64,000 nt of DNA from Gammaproteobacteria bacterium (GCA_035690945.1 DASSJY010000003.1:8900-72899), one strand, 5' to 3'. Counted from the first letter of the stretch, positions 30,673 to 46,508 are shown. Notes: generated by a model from the letters alone, not told the origin. Translations and numbers: made by a program.

Positions 30673-31437
30673 CTAGAATTTATAGCCGATGTGCAGCGCC
30701 ACGATGCCGCCGCTCAGGTTGAAGTAGCGGCACTGCTCAAAGCCGGCCGTTTCCATCATCGCCTTCAGCGTGACCTGGTCCGGGTGCATGCGAATCGACT
30801 CCGCGAGGTACTGGTAACTGTGCGCGTCATGGGCAATTTTTTTGCCGAGCCACGGCAGCACCTTGAATGAATACAGATCGTAGAACGGTTCGACCGCGGC
30901 AAGCGTCGGCTGTGAGAATTCCAGCACCAGCAAGCGGCCGCCCGGCCGCAGCACGCGGTAAATGCTCGCCAGCGCGTTTTCCTTGCGCGTGACGTTGCGC
31001 AGGCCGAACGCGATCGTCGCGCAGTCGAACCAGTCGTCGCGGAACGGCAGCGCTTCGGCGTCGGCCTGGCACAGCGCGACACGTGCGCCGAAACCGGCAT
31101 CGACCAGGTGGCGGCGGCCTTCGTCGAGCATCGCACGATTGATATCGGCCATCATCACGCTGCCGGCATCGCCGACCTGGCGCGCGAGCCCGCGGGCGAT
31201 GTCGCCGGTGCCGCCGGCAATATCCAGCGCGCGACCGCCGGGCCGGAGGCCGGTCTGTGACAGTGCGAAGCGTTTCCAGAGGCGGTGCAGGCCGAACGAC
31301 ATCAGGTCGTTCATCAGGTCGTAACGTGTCGCGACCGAATCGAATACTGCGCCGACCCGGCGCGCCTTGTCGGCGGTCGGGACTTGCTGAAAGCCGAAAT
31401 GCGTCTGGTTCGGAGCGTCCTGATCCATACCGGGCAT
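30673..31437 (-). CDS. ubiE: Demethylmenaquinone / 2-methoxy-6-polyprenyl-1,4-benzoquinol methyltransferase UbiE
   Basis: Starts at [19 protein letters not shown] (31437; alternative 31428). SAM motif LDIAGGTGD, plus [13 protein letters not shown] and YQYLAESI. The longer ORF start at 31602 would overlap the kinase gene. Confidence 0.9.
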   Translation of the reverse strand: MPGMDQDAPNQTHFGFQQVPTADKARRVGAVFDSVATRYDLMNDLMSFGLHRLWKRFALSQTGLRPGGRALDIAGGTGDIARGLARQVGDAGSVMMADINRAMLDEGRRHLVDAGFGARVALCQADAEALPFRDDWFDCATIAFGLRNVTRKENALASIYRVLRPGGRLLVLEFSQPTLAAVEPFYDLYSFKVLPWLGKKIAHDAHSYQYLAESIRMHPDQVTLKAMMETAGFEQCRYFNLSGGIVALHIGYKF

Positions 31438-31511
31438 TGTAGCCGCCTGCGCGCTGCAACGCAGCTTTTGGTGGTTCCCCCTCTCCGGAAGGGAGAGGGG
31501 GTATGACCGGT

Positions 31512-37223
<5,712 letters not shown>

Positions 37224-37233
37224 ACCTCGCTCC

Positions 37234-38901
37234 TCAGTTATTGGCAACCAATGCCTGTTGTAATTCTTCCGGACGTGCCGGTTTGGTCAGATGCTGATCG
37301 AACCCTGCCTGCAATGCGCGGCGGCGGTCGTTGTCGCGGCCGAAGCCGGTCATCGCGATCAGCCGGATGCCCTCGCCGCCGGGATGACCGCGCACCTGGC
37401 GCGCCACCGCGTAGCCGTCCAGTCCAGGCATGGCGATGTCGACGATCGCCACGTCGGGCTTGCGCCGCGCGATCAGCATGGCGCCGTCGCTGCCATCGGC
37501 GGCGGTTTCGACGTGGTGTCCCCAATCTTCCAGCAGCGCCTGGATGCTGTCGCGGATGTCAGTCTCGTCCTCGACCAGCACGATGTTCAGCGGCGCGCAC
37601 GCCGCGGCGACCGTCGCCGCCGGCAACGGCACATCGTCTTCGGCCGGCTCCGCCAGCGGAATCCAGACGCTGAATTCGCTGCCGTGGCCGTGGCCGTCGC
37701 TGGCCGCCCGCACACGGCCGCCGTGCATCGCGACCAGCCGCTGCACCAGCGCGAGGCCGAGACCCAGTCCACGGCCACGGCTGTCTTCCTGCACGAACTG
37801 CTCGAAGATACGTTCCAGCATTGCGGGCGAAATCCCCTGGCCGTTGTCGCTGACGCGGATCAGCGCTTCGTCGCCGTCGCGCATCCAAGTCAATTGAACT
37901 TTACCGCCCTCGTCGGTGTAGCGCGCGGCATTGTTCAGCAGATTGGCGATAATTTGCGTCAGGCGCACCGGGTCGGCCGCGACCGTCAGCGCCTCGTCCG
38001 GCGGCGTCACGGTGAGCGTGTGGCGCTTCTCGGCGATCATGTCGGCGACGCTGTCGGCGGCCTGCCCGGCTGCCTCGGCCACCGCGACGCGGCCGATCTC
38101 GACGTTGATCTTGCCGCTGGAAATGCGCGCCACATCGAGCAGGTCGTCGATCAGCCGCATCAGGTGGCGCGCCTGGCGGTCCATCATGCCGCGTACGCGG
38201 CACACGCCGGCGTTGTCCTTGCCGTAGGTTTCGAGCAGTTGGATGCCGGTGACGATCGGCGACAGCGGATTGCGCAGCTCGTGCGCGAGCACGGCGAGAA
38301 ACTCGTCTTTCTGGCGGTTTTCGCGCCGCGCCGTGTCCGCCTTCCAGCGTTCGCGCTCGATCGCGATCTGGCGCAGGCTCTCGCGGCGTTCCAGCTCGCG
38401 CAGGCGCTGGGCCTGGTGCTGCACCTCGGCGGTGCGCTCCTGCAACTCGACAAATACCCGCGCCTTGGCGCGCAGCACCTCGGGGACGATCGGCTTGAAC
38501 ATGAAGTCGACCGCGCCGAGGCGGTAGCCCTTGAAGATTTCGGCGTCGTTGCGGGTGTAGGCAGTGACGAAGATGATCGGTACGTGGCGGGTGCGCTTGC
38601 GGTTGCGGATCAGCCGCGCGGTTTCAAAGCCGTCCATCCCCGGCATCTGCACGTCGAGGATGATCAGCGCGAAGTCGCGCGTCAGCAGCTCGCGCAGGGC
38701 GGCCTGTCCGGACTCGGCCTTGACCAGCCGCCGGCCCATATCGCCGAGCGCCACCTCGATGGCGGCGAGATTCGGCTTATTGTCGTCGACGACGAGGATG
38801 TCCGCGGACGGTGGAATTGCCGCGCGCTCCCGTTGCGGCGAGATCGCTGTTTCCGACTCCAATGGGCGCATACTCTGCAAAAATGGCTTCGATTGTAGCA
38901 A
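37234..38901 (-). CDS. REC - HisKA - HATPase - REC hybrid histidine kinase
   Basis: N-terminal receiver ([10 protein letters not shown]...[11 protein letters not shown]...FMFKP), coiled coil, H-box AHELRNPLS, HATPase ([25 protein letters not shown]) and a C-terminal receiver (IVLVEDE...DIAMPGLDG...HLTKP). Confidence 0.85.
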   Translation of the reverse strand: MLQSKPFLQSMRPLESETAISPQRERAAIPPSADILVVDDNKPNLAAIEVALGDMGRRLVKAESGQAALRELLTRDFALIILDVQMPGMDGFETARLIRNRKRTRHVPIIFVTAYTRNDAEIFKGYRLGAVDFMFKPIVPEVLRAKARVFVELQERTAEVQHQAQRLRELERRESLRQIAIERERWKADTARRENRQKDEFLAVLAHELRNPLSPIVTGIQLLETYGKDNAGVCRVRGMMDRQARHLMRLIDDLLDVARISSGKINVEIGRVAVAEAAGQAADSVADMIAEKRHTLTVTPPDEALTVAADPVRLTQIIANLLNNAARYTDEGGKVQLTWMRDGDEALIRVSDNGQGISPAMLERIFEQFVQEDSRGRGLGLGLALVQRLVAMHGGRVRAASDGHGHGSEFSVWIPLAEPAEDDVPLPAATVAAACAPLNIVLVEDETDIRDSIQALLEDWGHHVETAADGSDGAMLIARRKPDVAIVDIAMPGLDGYAVARQVRGHPGGEGIRLIAMTGFGRDNDRRRALQAGFDQHLTKPARPEELQQALVANN

Positions 38902-38954
38902 GGGTCAGGGGATAATGCGGTCTAGGGATGACCCTACAGCGCCGCGGAATCGCT

Positions 38955-39968
38955 CTAGTGGCGGCGGATCGCCCGGGCGAGTTCGTCCCTGGTCATCTTG
39001 CTGCGGCCGGGAATATCCATCTTTTGCGCCTGTTGATACAGTTCGTCGCGCGAACGGTCGGCTTTCCGGCTCCGGCCGCCGGGTCTGGGCCCGGCGGCCT
39101 TTCGCTTCGACGCGCGCGCCCCGTCGCCTCCCTGCTCCAGGCTAGCCTTGAGCACCGCCATCAGGTCCACCGGCTCGGTACCTTCCTGCGCCTCGTCGTC
39201 TTCGACCTCGGCATAGGCCGGCTCGTGGATCACGTCTTCGCCCGCCTTGAGCTTTTCGTCGACGCGCTTGAGCAGGCGCTGCGCGTGGGCGTCGGCCATT
39301 TTGTCGATGTCGAGCGTCTTGCGGCTGCCGGCCTTGATCGCCTTTTCGATTTTCTTGACGGCGGCCGCGTCGGGTTTGGCGAGTTCCGGCAGGCCGATAT
39401 CGTCCGGCGTGCGCAGCTCGTCGGCGAAGCGCAGGATCTCGGCGCGGAGGATGCCGTGGCTGGACAGGATCGCGATCAGGTACTCCTTGCCGCGAATCAC
39501 GCAGGTGGCGATGCCGGCGCGGCCGGTGTCCTCCATGCTTTTCGCCAGCAGGCGGTACGGCTTGGTCGCGCCCTTGTCCGGGGCGAGGAAGTAGGCGCGC
39601 TCGAAGTACATCGGGTCGATGTCGCCCGCCGGGACGAAGCGGCGCAGGTCGATTTCCTGCGACTTGGGCGGCGCGATCGCGTCCAGTTCGTCGTTGCCCA
39701 CCACCACGAACTGATCCTTTTCGACCTCGTAGCCGCGCACGATCTCGTCTGCTTCCAGCGGGCGCTCCTCGTTGGGGCAGAAGTAGCGCCGCGCGAGCGG
39801 CTCGCCGTCCGCGTCGACCATCCGCAGCGACACCTTATTGGAGCGTGTCGCCACGTACAGGCTGACCGGCAGGCTGACGAGGCCGAAGGCGATGATGCCC
39901 GACCAGAACGGCCGCAGCCCGGGGCGCCGGCTTTCGGCTGCTTCGCGATGATGGTGTTTCCTAGGCAC
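38955..39968 (-). CDS. ku: Ku protein (NHEJ), paralogue with long basic tail and HeH/Rho_N-like C-terminal motif
   Basis: Ku core: RPFWSGIIAFGLVSLPVSLY, YFERAYFLAPDKG, RGKEYLIAI. The C-terminus is ...KRKAAGPRPGGRSRKADRSRDELYQQAQKMDIPGRSKMTRDELARAIRRH. The start overlaps the upstream ku stop by 8 nt. Confidence 0.9.
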   Translation of the reverse strand: MPRKHHHREAAESRRPGLRPFWSGIIAFGLVSLPVSLYVATRSNKVSLRMVDADGEPLARRYFCPNEERPLEADEIVRGYEVEKDQFVVVGNDELDAIAPPKSQEIDLRRFVPAGDIDPMYFERAYFLAPDKGATKPYRLLAKSMEDTGRAGIATCVIRGKEYLIAILSSHGILRAEILRFADELRTPDDIGLPELAKPDAAAVKKIEKAIKAGSRKTLDIDKMADAHAQRLLKRVDEKLKAGEDVIHEPAYAEVEDDEAQEGTEPVDLMAVLKASLEQGGDGARASKRKAAGPRPGGRSRKADRSRDELYQQAQKMDIPGRSKMTRDELARAIRRH

Positions 39969-40776
39969 TCTTGCGCTCCTGCTTGAGGCTGGCTTCCAGT
40001 GCCTTCGACAGATCCTGGGTCGGCTTGGGGCGCTTGAACGGAATGATCTTCGCCTTGCCGCCGCGGCGCTTGGTTTCGATCAGATCGAGAATGCGCGCGC
40101 GGTGCTCGTTCCGGTAATCGGCCGGCTCGAACGGCGCCTCCAGCATGCCGATCAACTGCTTGGCCATGTCGATCTCGCGCTTGTCGAGTTCGCGCCCGCC
40201 CGGCGCCTCCAACTCCTCCACCGAGATTACTTCGCCCGCATGGCGCAGCGACACCAGCACCGGATAACCCCCGTGCAGCCGCAGTGCGCCGATGTACTCC
40301 TGCTTGCGCATTGTCCAGCGGGCGAGGCCTTCCTGGCCGGACTCGTCCAGCGCCGCGATCAGTGCCGCATAGGCTTTGTCGGCGCCATCCGGGCCGAGGT
40401 AATACGGGCGCAGGTACCAACGATGGTCGATCACGCGCGGCGGCAGGAATTCGAGGATTTCCACGTCGCGCGATTCCTCCGGCTCGACGGCTTGCAGGTC
40501 CGCGTCGTTCAGCACCACCCAGTCGCGCTCGTCGGTGACGAAGGCGCGGCGCGCCTCGGCGTAGGGCACAATGTCGCCGGAATCCGGCTTCACCATCGCC
40601 TGCTTCACCGGCACCCGGTCCTTCGCATGCAGCAGCCGGAAATGCACGTCCTGGCTGGCTACCGCCGCGAAAAACTTCACCGGCACCCGCACGTCCGCAA
40701 AGCAGATCGCGCCTTTCCACATCGCCCGGGCGGTCATGGTGCACCGCCCGGTTTTGTCGCGCATTCCATTGCTCAT
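39961..40776 (-). CDS. ku: Ku protein (NHEJ), second paralogue
   Basis: ARAMWKGAICFADVRVPVKFF, WYLRPYYLGPDG and RKQEYIGALR match the Ku core. The start is 40776 (MSNGM) or 40737 (MTARAMWKG). It lies 10 nt after the ligD stop. Confidence 0.85.
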   Translation of the reverse strand: MSNGMRDKTGRCTMTARAMWKGAICFADVRVPVKFFAAVASQDVHFRLLHAKDRVPVKQAMVKPDSGDIVPYAEARRAFVTDERDWVVLNDADLQAVEPEESRDVEILEFLPPRVIDHRWYLRPYYLGPDGADKAYAALIAALDESGQEGLARWTMRKQEYIGALRLHGGYPVLVSLRHAGEVISVEELEAPGGRELDKREIDMAKQLIGMLEAPFEPADYRNEHRARILDLIETKRRGGKAKIIPFKRPKPTQDLSKALEASLKQERKSA

Positions 40777-40785
40777 GGCTCGTTC

Positions 40786-43293
40786 CTACGTTTTCATCCC
40801 GACACTCTTCCGCATAGCCTTTGTAATCTGTCGCCGCGCGGCTTCAAACCCGTCCCACGGATCAGCCTTCAACGCCGCCATCCGCTGCGGCAGGTTATCC
40901 ACCCGATAATGATCCGATTTTATCGAATCACTGAGTTCATCCCAGCGAACGGGTACCGAAACCGGCGCATGCGGATGCGCTCGCGTCGAATAACTGGCGA
41001 TCGCCGTCGCGCCGCGCCCGTTGCGCAGGTAATCGAGGAAGATCCGCCCGCGCCGCCGCGCCTTGGACATATTCGCCGTCAGCTTCTTCGGCTCGTCATG
41101 TACATGCGCCTCGCACACCGCGCGCGCGAACGCCTTGATCTCGTCCCAGCCGTCGCGCCGCCGGAGCGGCACCACCAGGTGCAGCCCCTTGCCGCCGGTG
41201 AGGCGCACGAACGGCGTCAGACCCATCTGCTCCAGCCGCTCGCGCAACGTGCCGGCGACGCGCAATACCTCCGCCCACTTCACCTCGGGCGACGGGTCGA
41301 GATCGAACACGATCAGGTCGGGCTTGTCGACGTTGTCCACGCGGCTGCCCCAGGGGTGAATCTCCAGTACCCCCGCCTGCACCAGCGCGATCAGATCGGA
41401 CAGCGCGTGCACGTAAACGTAAGTTCGGAGATCGCCGTTGTTTTCGGTGATGTCGATACGCGGCATGCCCGGCACCAGCGCCTCGCCCGGATGCTTTTGA
41501 AAAAAACAGTTCCCCGCACCCGAAGGGCAGCGCAGCAGCGACAGCGGCCGGTCCATCAGTTGCGGCAGGATCCAGCCGCCGATCGCTTCGTAATAGTGCG
41601 CGAGATCAAGCTTGGTGATGCCCATCTCCTCGTACAGCACCCGGTCCGGGTTGCTCAGGCGCACGCCGGCGACCTGCTCGCCGCGGCCGCGGGCACGCAT
41701 TTTGGTCCGTTGTGGTGCCGGCTTCGCCGCAGACTTCGGATGCAGCCGAATCTCGTCCGCGTTGCGGTCCTCGCGCAGCCCGCGAAAACTCGGATGGCGC
41801 AGCCGCCCGTCGCGCGTCCGCTCGGTGAACGTCACGTCCACAACCAGATCCGGCCGCACCCAGTGCACGCCCGATGAATCCGGGACCGCCGCCTTGAACG
41901 GCCGCTTGGCGATCTCCAGTTTTTTGAGCGTCTTGTGCAGCGAGGTGAGCTGCCGATCCGAAAAGCCGGTCCCGACGCGTCCGGTGTAGGCGAGCTTGTT
42001 GTCGTCGTCCCAGACGCCCAGCAACAGCGCGCCGAAGCCGGTGCGCGAGCCGGCCGGATCGGTATAGCCGCCGACGATGAACTCCGCATCCTTGCTGCAC
42101 TTCGTTTTGCGCCACTGCTTGCTGCGCCCGCCGCTGTAGGGGCTGTCGGCGCGCTTGGAAATGATGCCTTCGAGGCCGGTCTCGCAGGCCTTGTCGAAGA
42201 AGGCCGGGCCGTTGCCGGCGACATGGTCGGTATAGCGAATCAGGCCGGGCGGATTGGCGCCGAGCAGCTCCGCGAGTACCCGCTTGCGATCAAGGAGTGC
42301 GACCTTTTTGAGATCGTAGCCGTCGAGATACAGCAGATCGAAGACGAAATAGACGAGGGCGTCGGTGCGCTGTTCGCTGAGCGCTTCCTGCAGCGCGCCG
42401 AAGCGGCTGACGCCGGCGGCATCGAGCGCCACCAGCTCGCCGTCGAGCAGCGCGCTGTCCACGTTCAGTTCGGCCAGCGTCTTGCGCAGCACCGGAAAGC
42501 GGTCACTCCAGTCCTTCGCGTTGCGCGTCAGCAGCCGCACCTTGCCGTGATCGAGCCGCGCCAGCAGCCGGTAGCCGTCAAACTTGATCTCATGCAGCCA
42601 GTCATCGCCGTCCGGAGCCTGCTTGCCCAGCGTCGCCAGCCGCAGCGACACCTCGCGCGGCAGCGCGGCCTTGCGCGCGCCTTTTAGTTTTGCCGCCTGC
42701 TCTGCCGCCACATCCTGCCGCGCCTTCGACTTCGCGCCGCGCGCAATCTCCTCCATCGTCCGCCCGCTCGCGACGCTCACATCGTCATCGCCGGGCGGCG
42801 CCGGCGTGCGTGTTTGCTTGCGGTCGTGGCGCTTGATCAGCAGCCAGTTCTTGCCGCCATCCGCCGCCTTGCCGCTCATCTGCACCAGCGTCCAGGTGCC
42901 GGCCAGCTTTTCGCCGTTCAACTCGAAATCGATATGGCCCTCCTTTTCCTTTTTCGCCCGCCAATGCCCCCGATCCCACAGCATCACCGTCCCGCCGCCA
43001 TATTCTTCTTCGGGAATCGTCCCCTCGAAATCCTTGTACTCGAACGGATGATCCTCAACGGCCACGGCCAGATGCTTCTCGCCGACCTTCAGACTTGGCC
43101 CTTTCGGCACCGCCCAGCTTCGCAGCACGCCATCCTGCTCCAGCCGCAGATCGAAATGCAGCCGGCTCGCGTCATGCTTGTGGATGACGTAGATAGGGTC
43201 ATCGGTGCCGGGGCGTGCGGTTTTACCGTCGCCGCCGGGCTCGGAGGTGCGCTGGAAATTGCGCTTCTGGCGGTATTTAGTGAGTCGTTCCAT
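40786..43293 (-). CDS. ligD: ATP-dependent DNA ligase D (phosphoesterase - ligase - polymerase/primase domains)
   Basis: PE domain: YVIHKHDASRLHFDLRLE, SWAVPKGPS. Ligase motif I: HEIKFDGYR. The C-terminal Pol domain (LSNPDRVLYEE...FFQKH...VFDLDP...GGKGLH) follows, giving the Pseudomonas-type domain order. Confidence 0.95.
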   Translation of the reverse strand: MERLTKYRQKRNFQRTSEPGGDGKTARPGTDDPIYVIHKHDASRLHFDLRLEQDGVLRSWAVPKGPSLKVGEKHLAVAVEDHPFEYKDFEGTIPEEEYGGGTVMLWDRGHWRAKKEKEGHIDFELNGEKLAGTWTLVQMSGKAADGGKNWLLIKRHDRKQTRTPAPPGDDDVSVASGRTMEEIARGAKSKARQDVAAEQAAKLKGARKAALPREVSLRLATLGKQAPDGDDWLHEIKFDGYRLLARLDHGKVRLLTRNAKDWSDRFPVLRKTLAELNVDSALLDGELVALDAAGVSRFGALQEALSEQRTDALVYFVFDLLYLDGYDLKKVALLDRKRVLAELLGANPPGLIRYTDHVAGNGPAFFDKACETGLEGIISKRADSPYSGGRSKQWRKTKCSKDAEFIVGGYTDPAGSRTGFGALLLGVWDDDNKLAYTGRVGTGFSDRQLTSLHKTLKKLEIAKRPFKAAVPDSSGVHWVRPDLVVDVTFTERTRDGRLRHPSFRGLREDRNADEIRLHPKSAAKPAPQRTKMRARGRGEQVAGVRLSNPDRVLYEEMGITKLDLAHYYEAIGGWILPQLMDRPLSLLRCPSGAGNCFFQKHPGEALVPGMPRIDITENNGDLRTYVYVHALSDLIALVQAGVLEIHPWGSRVDNVDKPDLIVFDLDPSPEVKWAEVLRVAGTLRERLEQMGLTPFVRLTGGKGLHLVVPLRRRDGWDEIKAFARAVCEAHVHDEPKKLTANMSKARRRGRIFLDYLRNGRGATAIASYSTRAHPHAPVSVPVRWDELSDSIKSDHYRVDNLPQRMAALKADPWDGFEAARRQITKAMRKSVGMKT

Positions 43294-43378
43294 CCTTGGA
43301 AGCCGATCGACCCGCCGGCATGAGCGGCAGGTCAGACGCAGGTTGTGCTAATGATCGTAGCAGGGAACGGCGTTAAGG

Positions 43379-45193
43379 TCAGCCGGCGACGTGCTCCACC
43401 GATCCGGCCGGCGTCGGCAGCCCGACCTTCTGACAGAACGCCGCGAAGCGAGGATCGCTCTTGTAGCGCAGGATGAACGGGTCGTGGAGCAGGTAGATGA
43501 TACCGGGGTCGCGATTGGTCCACGCGCGATCCAGCCATGCGAACATCCGGTCCGGGTCCCGGCGCAGCGCATAGACCTCGGCAATCTGGTACGCGGCAAC
43601 GTCGGCTTGTTCATTGATCAGCTTCTGCAAGGCCGCATCGGCGGCGACGCGGTCGTCGCCAACCTGGAGCGCCAACGCCAGTGCGACATCCCGCCATCCC
43701 GAGCCACCGCCGGGAATCTCCTGTCGCGCTGCCGTCAGGGCCGCGCGGGCGTCACCGCGCACGATCTCGACGATCGCCAGTTGCTCATGGTAGGACGCAG
43801 CAGTGGGCTGCAAGCCGATCGCTTTTTGTATCGCCTGCCTGGCTTCGTCGGGACGATGGAGCGCCAGCAGGTAATTGGAAAGCCAGCCATACCAGCGAGC
43901 GTTCAGCGGATCTGTCGCCAGCGCCTGGCGGGTCAACTGCACAGCCTGCTGCGTCCGCCCCAGCGCGGCCACCAGTTGCCCGAGAACGGCCTTGGTCTGG
44001 CCGTCGTTCGGCGCCAGTTGCAAGGCGCGCCGGTATTCGGCTTCCGCGCCCTTCCAGTCGAGGCCGGCCAGAATCATCAATTGACCGCGAGCACTGTAAG
44101 CCGCGGCCAATTCCGGGTCCAGCGCGACCGCCGTGGTCGCCGCCGCCGCCGCTTCCGCATAGGCGTGGCGCGCTTTTGCACCGCTAAACGAAGCGGCGGC
44201 CCAGGTGGACCACACGGCCGACAGTCCGGCATAGGCCGCCGCATAGCGCGGGTCGAGCCGGATGGCGGCATCGTAGACGTCGATCGCATTGCGAAAATCC
44301 GCATCGGCGTTGGTCAGGGCGTGCGATTTGGCGTGCAGGTAAGCCGCGTACGCGTCGAGATTACCGCTCGGCGGCCGATCGCTTTGCGCCACCGCACCGG
44401 CCGCGGGCAACAGCTTTGTCTTCAGCGCGGCGGCGACCGCATTCGTGATCTCATCCTGCAATGCAAACAAGTCCTTGTATGGCCGATCGTAGCGCTGCGA
44501 CCACAGCGCACTGCCGTCGGCGGCGTTCACGAGTTCGACACTCACGCGCACGGTGTTGCCGGCGCGGCGCACGCTGCCTTCCAGCAGATGCGCCACGCCG
44601 AGTTTCTCGCCGATGGTCTTGCTGTTGTCCTTGCTGTCGCGGAACTGGAACGAGGAGTTGCGGCCGATGACCTTCAATTCTCCGAACTGCGACAAGGCCG
44701 TGATCAAGTCTTCCGACAAACCGTCGGAGAAGTAGCGCTCGTCGGGATTGCCGCTCTCGTTTGCCAGCGGCAGCACGGCGATCGACTTTGCCGGAATCGG
44801 CGCCGCTGATCTGGTACCGGCGCCGGCCTTGGCCGTCGGGGCTATCGTCGCGGCAATATCCGCCGTCGGCGTGGCATGCTCGAGGCGCCACAGAAATGCG
44901 CCGCCGATCGCGAGCAGCAGCGCCAGGATCAGCAGTTCCGCGCCCGACAGGCGCTGCGCTCCGCGCTCGCCGTGATACCACGCCAGCACCAATACCACGA
45001 AGAAGCCGAGCACGAGCGCCAGCGTGACGCCGCGCAGCAAGGCGAGCGGCCAGTCGAACTGCTGGCCGATGAGATCAAATCCCTGAAGAACCACCCACGA
45101 CCCAGCCAGGTACGCCAGCGCCCACTGCACTAGCTTGCGCTGTTTGAGACGCGCGAAGAACGTGGTCATGATCGGCTCGGGCGCGGTACCCAT
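43379..45193 (-). CDS. Membrane-anchored TPR-repeat protein with TolB-N-like periplasmic module
   Basis: Three N-terminal TM helices, then SIAVLPLANESGNPDERYFSDGLSEDLITALS...LEGSVRR, then about 8 TPR-like repeats. The start is 45193 or MTTFF at 45169. Confidence 0.7.
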   Translation of the reverse strand: MGTAPEPIMTTFFARLKQRKLVQWALAYLAGSWVVLQGFDLIGQQFDWPLALLRGVTLALVLGFFVVLVLAWYHGERGAQRLSGAELLILALLLAIGGAFLWRLEHATPTADIAATIAPTAKAGAGTRSAAPIPAKSIAVLPLANESGNPDERYFSDGLSEDLITALSQFGELKVIGRNSSFQFRDSKDNSKTIGEKLGVAHLLEGSVRRAGNTVRVSVELVNAADGSALWSQRYDRPYKDLFALQDEITNAVAAALKTKLLPAAGAVAQSDRPPSGNLDAYAAYLHAKSHALTNADADFRNAIDVYDAAIRLDPRYAAAYAGLSAVWSTWAAASFSGAKARHAYAEAAAAATTAVALDPELAAAYSARGQLMILAGLDWKGAEAEYRRALQLAPNDGQTKAVLGQLVAALGRTQQAVQLTRQALATDPLNARWYGWLSNYLLALHRPDEARQAIQKAIGLQPTAASYHEQLAIVEIVRGDARAALTAARQEIPGGGSGWRDVALALALQVGDDRVAADAALQKLINEQADVAAYQIAEVYALRRDPDRMFAWLDRAWTNRDPGIIYLLHDPFILRYKSDPRFAAFCQKVGLPTPAGSVEHVAG

Positions 45194-45250
45194 CGGCGGA
45201 CCTCTCGCAAGGAGAGGGTAAGTATAGTCGCCTGTCGGGTCCTTGTACTC

Positions 45251-46162
45251 CTAGGCTCGAAACAACTCGTACCGGCGCTCAAGCGCCTGCCTCGCCGGCC
45301 GTTGCGCAGCCTTGGCGGGAAGTAAAAGCGACTCGTTGTGCAGCGCCTGCAAGCCGTACCTGAGCATCGGCCCGTCAACTTCATCCAGCACGTCGCGCCG
45401 AACCTCAATCACGTAATCCGGTCGCACGCCGATAATGCCGTGGTCGAACGCGGCATGATGAATCTTGCACAGAGACAGCCCATTGGAAACTTCCGGATGT
45501 CCTTCCGGATCGGTATCCGGAATGATGTGCGCTGCATCCAGCAATTCCCGATGCCGCAGATGACACATCGCGCAGTGCGTCCGGTAAGCGTCGAGAACGC
45601 GTTCGCGGAAAGACGCCTGATGCAGACGCCGCTGAACGGCCGCTGTCGCGTACTGCCGTCGGAATGTTGCGGACTCCGGTTCCTCTGCCCCGCCAGTCGC
45701 CGCTAAACGTTCCTCAAATGTGCCGGCTACGTCTGCCATAACGGTGAACTTCAAGGCCGCCCGATCGTCTCCCGTCACAAACACCGGCTTGATGACCGCG
45801 TAGCGACCAACGGTCACCGCGAATAAATAGATTAATGGGACGTTGTCGCGCATTGCATTGCGTAGCCCGACGTTGTCCCGGTGTTGCGGGTTCGTGCCGC
45901 GATAGCTGTAGGAAAGTCGATGCGCGTCTTCAAACCGGTCCGGGTATGGCCCGTTAAGGACGGTCGTGATCGTCAGCGGATAGTCGCAGCCGCGCGGGGT
46001 GAATATCCCTTGCGGCGAAACAAGCGGGATACGCCGGTCGTCCAATTCAAAGCCCGCGGAAAGAAGCGCCCGCGGCAGCACGTCCCCGTGCTGGACAAGT
46101 TGTCTGTTAACCCATTGGAAGGTGCGGGTTCGGACACGTATGTCCCACGATGCAGTGGACAT
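45251..46162 (-). CDS. HNH nuclease (HNH_2-type) with an uncharacterised ~190-aa N-terminal domain; possible modification-dependent restriction enzyme
   Basis: C-terminal CAMCHLRHRELLDAAHIIPD...VSNGLSLCKIHHAAFDHG is the HNH_2 pattern. The N-terminal domain contains YSYRGTNPQHRDNVGLRNAMRDNVPLIYLF. There is no obvious SD before the ATG at 46162. Confidence 0.65.
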   Translation of the reverse strand: MSTASWDIRVRTRTFQWVNRQLVQHGDVLPRALLSAGFELDDRRIPLVSPQGIFTPRGCDYPLTITTVLNGPYPDRFEDAHRLSYSYRGTNPQHRDNVGLRNAMRDNVPLIYLFAVTVGRYAVIKPVFVTGDDRAALKFTVMADVAGTFEERLAATGGAEEPESATFRRQYATAAVQRRLHQASFRERVLDAYRTHCAMCHLRHRELLDAAHIIPDTDPEGHPEVSNGLSLCKIHHAAFDHGIIGVRPDYVIEVRRDVLDEVDGPMLRYGLQALHNESLLLPAKAAQRPARQALERRYELFRA

Positions 46163-46223
46163 GGCGAACGGGGTGACCTACGCGAGCGGCGGACGAGGCG
46201 CGAGCGAAAACTTGCAATAACCC

Positions 46224-46508
46224 CTAAAGCAAGTCGTGGGCTTCCATCTCACCATGAATCTCTCGAATTTCGCGATTTAGTTGCGCAACGTATTCACCAG
46301 CGACTTGAGAAAATAGGTCTTCTCCTACTTCCTCCAGTTTGATCTCAAATACGCCGGCCTTGATTCGCGTTACGAGCTTATTGAACGCGCTTTTTACGGC
46401 ATTAGGCTTGTCGTCAGAGATCGGAATGCTGATCTGTTCAGTGCCAACTCCGATCCTGATGAAGCGGTTGCCGTCTTCGCTTACCACTGTCGCCTTAATT
46501 ATGTCCAT
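46224..46508 (-). CDS. 94-aa acidic protein of unknown function, translationally coupled to the PHP-ATPase gene
   Basis: The ATG at 46508 (MDIIKATVVSEDGN...) lies inside the last codons of the upstream gene (14-nt overlap). GAGG is 8 nt upstream. The composition matches the AT-rich island. I recognise no family. The longer start at 46541 is less likely. Confidence 0.5.
   Translation of the reverse strand: MDIIKATVVSEDGNRFIRIGVGTEQISIPISDDKPNAVKSAFNKLVTRIKAGVFEIKLEEVGEDLFSQVAGEYVAQLNREIREIHGEMEAHDLL

Noticed and set aside
39497-40744. 415-aa minus-strand ORF in an alternative frame across both ku genes
   Set aside because: Pro/Arg/Gly/Ala-rich nonsense in the same direction as two genuine Ku ORFs. 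It would preclude both Ku proteins.
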